DNA of 63,013 nucleotides, the filler included, from Octopus bimaculoides (Eukaryota): the NCBI RefSeq assembly GCF_001194135.2. It is 5 parts of 5 records of this genome, joined end to end, with 100 filler letters (N's around TTAATTAATTAA, not from the genome) between each part and the next. Parts side by side here need not be neighbours in the genome. Positions count along the whole stretch, not along the records: positions 41,144 to 54,911 come from NC_068984.1; positions 55,012 to 63,013 come from NC_068989.1; 3 more parts are not named here. One strand, 5' to 3'. Each line of letters begins with the position of its first letter. Position 1 is the first letter of the stretch. The translations under genes were made by a program, and so were the position numbers. The notes beneath the pieces are model-generated. The model ran no database searches and was not told the origin of the DNA. It worked only from the letters and a program-made list of their open reading frames with translations. Shown one piece after another: positions 53,259 through 63,013 of the stretch.

Positions 53259-53720
53259 CAATAAGAAAATGGAGGGGAATATGTGGTACTCATCAACTTA
53301 CAGACACTATGTTAATTAACCTGTTTATTTTTCAACCAAAACGACAATAAAGACAATATACAAACACATAGGACACACTATGTCATATCAACAATTAAAA
53401 ATTCAAAATTCAAAAGGACATCTAGCGACCGAAGAAGGGACAAAGTCTTACAGCTGTTTCGGCCTAGAGTTGGCATGCTCCATTCTATCTATATAAATCC
53501 AGTAAGCTGGAGTAATTGGTAGATGAAAAGGATGGAATGGAGGTACATGCATGATTCTCTAGGCCTCTTCAGAGATTTAAAAAGTTCAGTTCATGAAGTT
53601 TACAAAATTCAAATATAAATATAAAAATATAAAGGTATATAAAAAAAACCATGTGACTCTTTATATGGTTTGTGGAAAAGCGCGTAGCGATGCATTAAAT
53701 GTTTATAAATTCCATCAATG
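53257..53720 (-). mobile_element. Non-coding interspersed element carrying a hammerhead ribozyme
   Basis: Contains the 53442-53578 motif; its end (53257-53306) is homologous to 33678-33730. Boundaries approximate. Confidence 0.55.
53442..53578 (-). ncRNA. Type I hammerhead ribozyme with long stem II extension
   Basis: Minus strand AAAUCU-CUGAAGA-GGCCUAGAG-(87 nt)-CUCUAGGCC-GAAA-CAGCUG-UA-AGACUU. Intact core, 9-bp stem II base with canonical G-C, palindromic stem III, GUA triplet, stem I 5/6 bp. Confidence 0.8.
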
Positions 53721-53739
53721 GATTATTGTTATCATTATT

Positions 53740-53900
53740 ATTATAGATGTCGCACAGCATACAATATTGTGAGGTCGTTGATAGAAGATATTGTGCCTAC
53801 TGGGGGTTTGTACTGTCTGTCAAGTCACAACACGGACCTCAGACAGACAGCAATGTGCGTGCAGTTCCAAGCAATGCCGACTTTTGCAATTTCGGACAAA
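53740..53900 (-). mobile_element. R4/Dong-like LINE 3-prime end with (TAA)-rich tail
   Basis: CPKLQKSALLGTARTLLSV* matches the LQK.ALLGTA.ILRK motif. Confidence 0.75.
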
Positions 53901-54120
53901 ACCTTTTGCAACCTTCGTCCTGTCTTTGTCCTTATATGTTTTTAATTGATATTAGCCCTTGTGGCCAATAAAACGAATTAATTATTATTATTATTATTAC
54001 TATATACAGAGAGAGTGAGTGAGAGAGAGAGTTCGGGAAATTGAGAGACAGTCAGACAAACAGACAGACAGACAGCTAGATAGATAGATAGATATAATAG
54101 ATAGAAGTGTATTTTGGTAG

Positions 54121-54317
54121 GGCCTGGCGAATCTCCTAAAAGCGCGGCGCCTTACCTTGAGCAAGAAGTTAATGGCCGTGTCTCTGTCGACATAGCTCCT
54201 GAAGCACCACACCCGGCGCTGATGACAGTTAACATACATAGACGATCTGAATATACACGCCAGTTCTTCGTGTTTATTAAAAGATATTCTGCTAAACCTG
54301 GCCCTCCGTCAGAATAA
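54121..54317. CDS. Candidate exon, strand unresolved
   Basis: GC/CpG-rich island with a strong minus-strand donor AAG|GTAAGG at 54156 (…MYVNCHQRRVWCFRSYVDRDTAINFLLK); the plus strand is also open (…PGESPKSAAPYLEQEVNGRVSVDI…). No homology recognised. Confidence 0.35.
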
Positions 54318-54562
54318 GAAGAGTTACTTTAGAAATGTGATAAGCTCTCGTTGTTTCTTAATTAATCTTTTGTCTATTGTTCGACGCTTCCCCTTGGTAT
54401 GTATGTGTGTTTGTAGTTAGGTATGTAACTATGTATGCATTCATATGTGAGTGCTTCTGAGTGTATGTGTGCGTATATGTGCTTGTGTCTATATCCATGC
54501 TCGGGTAATGTGTATGTGTATATATGCGTATGTGGGTTTATAGCTGCGTGTATGTATGTATT

Positions 54563-54597
<35 letters not shown>

Positions 54598-54860
54598 GTT
54601 TATGGTTGAGTCTGTGTTCATATATGTGTGTGTGTGTGTGTGTGTATGTATTATGTATTTATATGCATGTGCGTGTGTTTGTATAGATATGTGTGTGGTA
54701 GGTATACATCCATGTAAAAGTGCGGATGTGTGCATATTTGTAATTTGGGGTCATATGGGTGTGTATGCATTTATGTATTTATGTATGTATGTATGTGTAC
54801 ATGTATGTATGCATATATATATATATGCATGTGTGCATGTATATGCATATATATATATAT

Positions 54861-54911
<51 letters not shown>

Positions 54912-55327
54912 NNNNNNNNNNNNNNNNNNNNNNNNNNNNNNNNNNNNNNNNNNNNTTAATTAATTAANNNNNNNNNNNNNNNNNNNNNNNNNNNNNNNNN
55001 NNNNNNNNNNNCACACATATGAGCATGCACACATACGAGCTTGCACACACTCACATGCTCATACCGAACAGTTTCGAAACAACGCCAAAACAACGCTAAA
55101 ACAACGCCAGATCATACATTCAAAATAAATGGAAGTGGAGAGACAATTTACTGAAGAGATTGCAAGAGTGCATTGAAATAATTTAACAAAAAACTATATA
55201 AATTAATAAAGGACTGAACCAGTGCGTGTGTTTATTACCGGCATAATGCCTCTTCCAAGGTTTAATTGTATTTCTTTCAACACACGTATCCACATCAAGA
55301 ATCTTGCACACGAAATACACATACGAA

Positions 55328-55359
<32 letters not shown>

Positions 55360-56530
55360 GTATGTATGTATAGATTCATGCGTACATGCTTACATACATG
55401 CATACATGCGTACGTATAGCTCACATTCTTAAGAAATTATCATTCTGCAATAGATTCCCTTTCGATTACTTAAGGTATGGAATCGCCTGCATCATTATAT
55501 ATTTGTAGTTTTGCGGAATGTTTTTTTTTAAATAACTCTTGAAATTAATTTCGTGAAATTCGACTTCAGTTCTCTATAATTATCTCCACTCTTCTTTGTT
55601 ACTAAAATATTGTACACTTTCTTTTTCTTCCACCGTCTATGATCTACATTACATTTAATTAAAACATGTTTGGCATGGAATGTATTATCCCAGTGTCTCA
55701 TTTCTATATGTTCCATCTATACGTCCCCAAATGTTATCTCACTTAGTGATTATATTGCGTTTGTTTTTATTTTATTTTTCTATTAAATTTGTAAACTGTA
55801 ATTTCCATATTATGTTTTAGCAGTGCCATTAAGTTTAGTGTGTCATCTGAATTGGCATTAGCTGAATCCTTGAAATAAAATCAGAAAAAAAGGTTGAAAT
55901 TGAGTATAATTAATGTAAATTACTGATCAACCTAGTGTAAAATTAATATCTATTTAAGAAAACCAACTCACATCAACAAAAGCAACATCGCTACTTTCTT
56001 CTATCATATTATGATCATCTTTATTATTATTGTTATTGTTATTATTATTATTATTATTATTATTCACATTTTTATTTTTATCATTATTATTTCTATTATT
56101 ATTATCATTATTATTATTGTTGTTGTTGCTATTATTATTATCCCTCATTTCCATTGCCATTAACAAAAGAGTCATCATTAGCGGCAGCGTGATCTGACAA
56201 TATTAGAAGAACCATCATCATCATCGTTATCATCATCATAAACATCGTAATTTTCGACGTAGTCGTCGTTGTCATACTTCTCCACCGCATCATCATCGTC
56301 ATTTTCTACAAAATCATCATCATCATTGTCAACACGGCCATCATTATTATCGACACCAATACCATCACCGTCACACTACCTCAGACCCACAATCATCTTA
56401 GTTATCATCATCGTCGCCAGCTTCGACTTACTCGCCACCGACCACGTTATTATAATCGCCATTATCATCATGACTATCATCATTATACTTAACTCCAACA
56501 CCACCACTGCAATCCTCCTCATCCTCACCC

Positions 56531-56561
<31 letters not shown>

Positions 56562-57329
56562 TACCATAATCACAATCATTACTATAATCAAACCATTCTC
56601 AACAACTACACACACCATCCACATCGTCTTCATCGTCTTCAATATCATCTCCGTGTTTATCGTAATTATAGTCTGCGAATCATCGGTGTTCCATTTCCTC
56701 TGTAATTTACCATCCCTTATTACAATTTTCTTTCTTTCTATGCGAGAACTTTGTGTATTTCCTTTGTGTGTTTCCCACGTTTGCATCAATCAAAAATATA
56801 GAAATCAGGTATAAATATCTACCCCTCAGATAAAATCACTTTTTATGATCTCACAACAAACACATAAGGAAACAGAGAAAAACTTTTTTGAAAACAAAGA
56901 ATAGAATACAAGACTGGATACGGAATACTTACAACATATTAAGTCTTTATTAATGCGAAATTCACTAGGGCTTCTATAATGGATTGTATCCACTGATTAA
57001 ATAATTATCATTATTTCGTTTCTATACTTCTCCTGTGCACACAGGAAAACACACGCACGAACACATAATTCATGTATACATACATACATACATGCATGCA
57101 TATATACATACATGCATACATACTTACATATATATACACATATTAAAAGATGCGTAAGCATGAGCACGTGCGTGTGTGCATATCACGTGGATGTACGGAC
57201 GTATTTATGTATACTTATGCGCGCATAGCAAATGCAAGTATACAGGCATTTCTGTTTCTACACCTGTATCTATGTGTATTTGTACGTTATCTTCGGTTTT
57301 TAATTTTATGAATTCTTCTCGAATGGAAA

Positions 57330-57545
57330 AGGTTGGTTTCTAACAAAGACAAAATGCTGTATTGCTGGAGTTTAAGTAACAAAACCAATGTTACATGCTC
57401 GTCTCAAAACAACAACATATTTACTTTTGGTAGAAGCGTTGATGGGGCTGTTCCACCAATATCCCTTGTTCAACTTAGGTATTTATTCAGTAGCAGATGA
57501 GTTCTCTACATTTCGTCGAAGATAGCTTTTTCTCAGATGGAGCAC
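57330..57545 (-). mobile_element. Probable RLE-type LINE 3-prime end, diverged
   Basis: LRKSYLRRNVENSSATE*IPKLN... has spacing similar to the 40.2-kb C-terminus. Confidence 0.35.
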
Positions 57546-58224
57546 ATGTATATATATGCATGAATATATCGTTTCACGTATGTATTTATAAATGAATGTG
57601 TGTAATTATAAAATGAATGTATCAATTTATCTCTGTGTGTATGTCGAAGTCTGAATTTATGCGTGTAGATATGTGCAATATATCTTGATGTTAAATTTTC
57701 TTCTTAAACATGAGAACCCGAATTCGTTGAATAGAGACATTGGTTCTGGCAGTTTCTGCTAAATTAAGTTCTGAATGAGCATTTTTTGAGAGACCAATGA
57801 AGAGTTTTGTATTCTACTAATACATAAATTAAATTATGCGCAAACAAAGGGTACTAGAAATTTCAAAATAATTTCAATGTTAACAATTCGCAACAACTAG
57901 GTTGTAGATAGTACACAAGTATAAAAATACTTTTAAAATTCTCACACAATTTAGCTAAAAGCTGAAGTGCTGGCCAATATTTGCATATCTTGCATTTGTT
58001 CCACACGTGATAAATGCATTAATATTTTACGAACACTCAGCATATGCTAGGAATGTGAAATTGAATATAATGTGCTTTGTTGAAATTTTATAATTTTAAA
58101 TTCTGTACGAATGTAAATATAACGTTATAAATATACATCATTATATATATGTGTGTCTGTATATATATAATGTATGTGTCTATATCTGCGCGCGCGTACG
58201 TGCGTGCGTATGTGTGTGTGTAGG

Positions 58225-58350
58225 TATAGGCATGGTTGTGCCATAAGAAGCATGCTTACAAACACATGGTTCCGGCTTCAATCCCAAGCCAATGCCTTCC
58301 ACAACACCTCCCAGCCTTGTGAGAGGGTTTGGTAGATGGAACCTGACGTA
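58225..58350 (+). mobile_element. SINE family A head, degraded with deletion
   Basis: aggcatggttgtg...cacatggttccggcttcaatccc...ccttgtgagagggtttggtagatgga. Confidence 0.65.
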
Positions 58351-59391
58351 TATATATTTAGAATATGAGGAGTTTAGTTAACTGTTGATCTATACCAATA
58401 GGTACGCTGCGTAAGTGCTATAACTGGCTATCTGGTAGGTTCCAAGTTCAGAGCTGTGGGTGAAGCTAGAGACCCATAGTAGGCTTTCGAATATATATAT
58501 ATATATATATATACATATATATNNNNNNNNNNNNNNNNNNNNNNNNNNNNNNNNNNNNNNNNNNNNNNNNNNNNNNNNNNNNNNNNNNNNNNNNNNNNNN
58601 NNNNNNNNNNNNNNNNNNNNNNNNNNNNNNNNNNNNNNNNNNNNNNNNNNNNNNNNNNNNNNNNNNNNNNNNNNNNNNNNNNNNNNNNNNNNNNNNNNNN
58701 NNNNNNNNNNNNNNNNNNNNNNNNNNNNNNNNNNNNNNNNNNNNNNNNNNNNNNNNNNNNNNNNNNNNNNNNNNNNNNNNNNNNNNNNNNNNNNNNNNNN
58801 NNNNNNNNNNNNNNNNNNNNNNNNNNNNNNNNNNNNNNNNNNNNNNNNNNNNNNNNNNNNNNNNNNNNNNNNNNNNNNNNNNNNNNNNNNNNNNNNNNNN
58901 NNNNNNNNNNNNNNNNNNNNNNNNNNNNNNNNNNNNNNNNNNNNNNNNNNNNNNNNNNNNNNNNNNNNNNNNNNNNNNNNNNNNNNNNNNNNNNNNNNNN
59001 NNNNNNNNNNNNNNNNNNNNNNNNNNNNNNNNNNNNNNNNNNNNNNNNNNNNNNNNNNNNNNNNNNNNNNNNNNNNNNNNNNNNNNNNNNNNNNNNNNNN
59101 NNNNNNNNNNNNNNNNNNNNNNNNNNNNNNNNNNNNNNNNNNNNNNNNNNNNNNNNNNNNNNNNNNNNNNNNNNNNNNNNNNNNNNNNNNNNNNNNNNNN
59201 NNNNNNNNNNNNNNNNNNNNNNNNNNNNNNNNNNNNNNNNNNNNNNNNNNNNNNNNNNNNNNNNNNNNNNNNNNNNNNNNNNNNNNNNNNNNNNNNNNNN
59301 NNNNNNNNNNNNNNNNNNNNNNNNNNNNNNNNNNNNNNNNNNNNNNNNNNNNNNNNNNNNNNNNNNNNNNNNNNNNNNNNNNNNNNNNNNN

Positions 59392-59433
<42 letters not shown>

Positions 59434-59619
59434 TTACACACAAACATACATCCATGTGTACGTGCATGCCTGTGTGTTTGCGCTTGTTCTCCGACACTGC
59501 TTCGTATTGGCTTTTTTTATAGCCCCGTATCCAAGCGATTCAGCGAAGAGCAAACGAGAGAATAATTATTGAACCAAGTAAGGGAATATTCTTTTCTATT
59601 CTAGGCACAAGGACCGAAA

Positions 59620-60000
59620 TTTGGGTGTGGCAGTTTTTGGCCATATTCTCTTCTATTTGTCGTTTTACTAGAAGGAGATATTTGGGAAGTGTTGTATTAC
59701 TCTTGAATACTGTCCTGATGTCATATGGGCAGCATATCTTTTGTATCTTTTTGGAGAGGCCTTTCACATTGGGTAGACAGACTATGGACCGTGTTTTGGA
59801 CTCACCCTCTCTTTTCTTCATAATTGGAGTGAATCCCTGTGGGATGAAGTTAAACTATTAGACAGAGAACACCACTGCAAAATACGAAAACTAAAAGAAA
59901 CAACACATATGCTATGACGAAACAACCTCCTAAGCAGACCGAATGTAAATATTATGACCAGCATATGGGAACCGGTAGAAGGATAGAAAAATATTAGATT
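59620..60000 (-). mobile_element. Penelope-like element fragment (RT thumb and linker)
   Basis: IVCLPNVKGLSKKIQKICCPYDIRTVFKSNTTLPKYLLLVK matches the PLE LPYVKGLSEKI...I.TVFK..NTL motif. Confidence 0.85.
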
Positions 60001-60097
60001 TATAAGCCCCAAAATTCACTCCATAATTGCCCTCGGGCATATGGCGTAGCGCGGGCTATTAACCCCAATATTCCGAGTAACCTGAACAATAATAATT

Positions 60098-60157
<60 letters not shown>

Positions 60158-60204
60158 TCGAAAAATACCTTAGGAATGAGAACCCACGTTCGAAATTTCC
60201 CCAA

Positions 60205-60250
60205 GACACCTGACGAAGGCTGGAGGGTATATCAGCCGAAACGTTTTGTT
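60205..60250 (+). ncRNA. Minimal type I hammerhead ribozyme-like motif in a repeat spanning ~60150-60345
   Basis: GACAC-CTGACGA-A-GGCTG(10 nt)CAGCC-GAAA-CGT-T-TTGTT. Intact core, 5-bp stem II, palindromic ACGT stem III, one mismatch at the first stem I pair. Confidence 0.7.
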
Positions 60251-60343
60251 AACAACAAGATGATGACAAATATCAATCCAATGTAAATAATATAAATAAT
60301 GCAAATAATGTACCTAATTCCTCATCTCTTAAATATAAAACTG

Positions 60344-61516
60344 TACCAGCATGGTATATATTATACCTCATAGATTATCTCTTACTTTAGTTAATACTTA
60401 AATTTATTAAATTATCATTATTACTAAGGAGACACTTAAAATAGTAAAAATGTGTTTTTAAAAAGAACAATAGTTATTCAAATATATTTTCCAATAAAAT
60501 CATAAGAGGGGGATACTCAACTTCGAGAAATGTAGGCAATATCATGTCCTCTATAATATAGCCGATAGTGATAGAAGTCTTATAGAAAAATATTCATGTC
60601 GTGATTAGACTAAATGTAAGCTCTCTAATAACTGTAATAGCGTAATGTAATTTATAAATGTATAGTTAGCTCTAAGAACAATAGTAATACAATTATAAAA
60701 AAAGGTTTATATTGGATCAACAGCTAATGAAATTAATATGATGAACCTGGAGTTAAATGTAGGCACCGAAGTAATTTTACATTTAGTAAAATGAAGTATT
60801 GAACCCCCAACCCCTGAATTAAATAACCACATAATTTTATTTCTAAAGCACTTGAATTGACTATATAAATAAAAAAAAATAATGCAAGAATTTAGATAAA
60901 TACATGAATCCAATATTACTAAAATTATATAGTAACAAATTATATACATCTTTCCCAATAGAGGTAAATTTGAATATAATTATAGAGGATAATTTAAAAT
61001 TAAAACTATGTTTAGTGTAATTATCCCCCTTGGTACTAATAACCTATAAATACCCATAGTTCCTTGCTATCCTCTTCCTCTAATCACCATTTTAGTACCA
61101 GCAAGAATGGAAGATATGTATTTGAATTGTTCTTATTATATATCACATTTAAACACAGACATATTTATTCTGATGTTTAATTTAATATCTCGCATTCTGT
61201 ATTTGACATATATTTGATTTTACGTGATTGATACATATATACTACTTCATATTTATAATGTATAATTTATAAGTCTTAATTCTTAATATTACAAAGTATA
61301 ATTATTTTTAATTTTAATTCTTAATATTACAAAGTATAATTATTATTTTTAATTCTTAATATTACAAAGTATAATTATTTTTAATTTTAATTCTTAATTT
61401 TTAATATTTAATGCTTAATTGTATTGATTATTTTTTAAAGAGGTGTAAAATTAAATATATAATACTTTGAAAAAGAACCTGAAGATGTGTTGGAATAATT
61501 GAAAATCTGACGATTG

Positions 61517-61575
<59 letters not shown>

Positions 61576-62010
61576 ATATGTATGTATGTATACAGTTGTG
61601 AATATGTATATATTTTCTAATCTTCCAATACTGAAACACGTGTATCCTACATATTTAATAAATGTTAGTATTAACTAAAGTAGGAGATAATTAATAAAGT
61701 ATAATATATACCTTGCTGGTAATTTTGGCTATATCCCTTAAGTATTATTTCGTGATGTGCAAACTGATACCATGAGTTCACTTTCAGAATATACTCATTA
61801 GGTTATTTTTGTATTGTCTGAAATAGAATATCCGCATATCGATTAATTCCCCCAAAATTGAAATTATATTGACTTTTATCAGATACTTTGTATATTTATA
61901 GATAAATATATAAATATATGATAAATAAGATCCCAAGGTACGATATGTAGATACATATAATGCTGAAACGTTGTACCTGATTGATATGGAAATTTGCTTT
62001 CCCAAATTAT
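60344..62010. pseudogene. AT-rich decayed coding-like relic in two inverted pieces; possible Polinton/Maverick origin
   Basis: 67-bp inverted overlap (59/67 identical); LSEIEYPH and LEVEYPP motifs; many stops. Confidence 0.25.
61276..61398. repeat. 35-38-bp AT-rich tandem repeat, ~3.3 units
   Basis: ttaattcttaatattacaaagtataattatt(t/a)... x3 plus a partial unit. Confidence 0.95.
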
Positions 62011-62011
62011 T

Positions 62012-62049
<38 letters not shown>

Positions 62050-62229
62050 ATATGAATATATGGGTAAAGGACGTCACCAACTGTGAAAACAATATGAAAT
62101 ACATAAACAACAAGCGAAAAAATGGAATACAGTGCAAGTAAACTCAGAGAAATGGCCCTTCTTCAGTTGTTTGTTGTCTATCTTCTCGTTTCAAATATTC
62201 AGCAACAATATGAGTCTTCAAAGATAGTT

Positions 62230-62470
62230 GTTCCCATAAATTCTGAAATAAAATTTAGGATTTATGGAGGATCTAAGTTGCGAAAAAACAGAGCAGTGAA
62301 TATATATAAGGAAACCAGACGAAAACAGATATGGGGAGGCAGGCGTTAGACCAGAAAAAGAGAAAAGAGTGAACACTGGGAGCGATGTTTTCTTTGAAAA
62401 GAGAAAAGATAGAAGAGAGGGGAAACCAAAGCGTCCAGTCTTTTGAACATGGAGATATAACATCTAACAG
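62230..62470. mobile_element. Unclassified repeat family D, second copy
   Basis: Homologous to 24880-25100. Confidence 0.7.
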
Positions 62471-62632
62471 AATTTTTTTATCTGCAAAAATCAATAAATG
62501 AAGAGATAAAATAAATTCTCAGGCAAGGTCAAGGAAATTTATATAAAAAATTATATTAACATATATTAACAATGGTCAAAAATCATTCCACTTTTAATTC
62601 AGTGCATATACATACATATACATACACATACC

Positions 62633-63013
62633 ATCCAAGACACCAAAGGAAAGAAAAAATTTGGAAGGCACCCAAAAACTTGCAAATTCTACCTGCAAGG
62701 CAAATGTTGGCATGGGGAAGACGGCAAAAACTGCCGGTTTGCCCACCCGACACTCCGCCAAAACTACAAAGGATTAAAGGATAAAAACTTCCCTGAGGAA
62801 ACACGACAGATGTCCCCAAGGAGAAAATTCAAGGACCTGCGCTCTTCAGAAATCTTAGGCAACGCAGCAGTTGAGCAAGAGTCTTTTTTGTGCATGGCGC
62901 AAAAGATTATGCAGCAGCTGACGTGGCTACGCTAAGCACAGACGAGGAACCTTGCCCCCCACTGTGCAACACCACCACAGCCAACAGACATGGGATGGCC
63001 TCCCCTAACGCCT
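62633..63013 (+). mobile_element. CCCH zinc-finger coding relic, probably LINE ORF1, running off the window
   Basis: CKFYLQGKCWHGEDGKNCRFAH (C-x7-C-x8-C-x3-H, 62681-62746); in-frame stop at 62933; no start codon or splice acceptor upstream. Confidence 0.6.

Noticed and set aside
57730-57900. Possible hAT C-terminal relic on minus (NIEIILKFLVP...SELNLAETART)
   Set aside because: Similarity too weak to call without an alignment.
60344-61260. Mitochondrial insertion (NUMT), suggested by composition
   Set aside because: No convincing ND, COX or CYTB motif in any frame under the invertebrate mitochondrial code.
61936-61978. GGTAC...GAAACGTT-GTACC with an internal hairpin
   Set aside because: No CUGANGA core, and the hairpin does not abut GAAA.
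62170-62225. Possible decayed hammerhead at the end of repeat family D (minus strand TTGAAGA...GAAAC)
   Set aside because: Core and stems are broken, and the 24.87-kb copy does not confirm it.

Overview
AT-rich, repeat-dominated animal genomic DNA, most likely octopus or another coleoid cephalopod. This is inferred from the SINE types, the compound microsatellites and the scaffold style, and was not verified. About 6.8 kb (~11%) is N gaps, mostly next to (TA)n runs. Almost all ORFs in the supplied track are microsatellite or gap artefacts. No complete protein-coding gene, rRNA, tRNA gene or CRISPR array is supported; there are only a few isolated candidate exons. The window contains: many copies of at least four SINE families, including ten same-strand tRNA-derived copies between 45 and 51 kb; decayed non-LTR retrotransposons (two Penelope-like pieces, R4/Dong-like RLE ends, a Tx1/L1-like end, a CCCH-finger ORF1-like piece); and Tc1/mariner, hAT and MITE relics. 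The most notable signal is six type I hammerhead-ribozyme-like motifs from several unrelated repeat families. One is intact with a ~105-nt extended stem II (53442-53578, minus strand), and two share the non-canonical core CUGU.GA. There is also a perfect 43-bp fold-back hairpin made from the end of the same ribozyme-carrying family, and a rearranged AT-rich coding relic near 60.3-62.0 kb that may derive from a Polinton/Maverick capsid gene (weak support).
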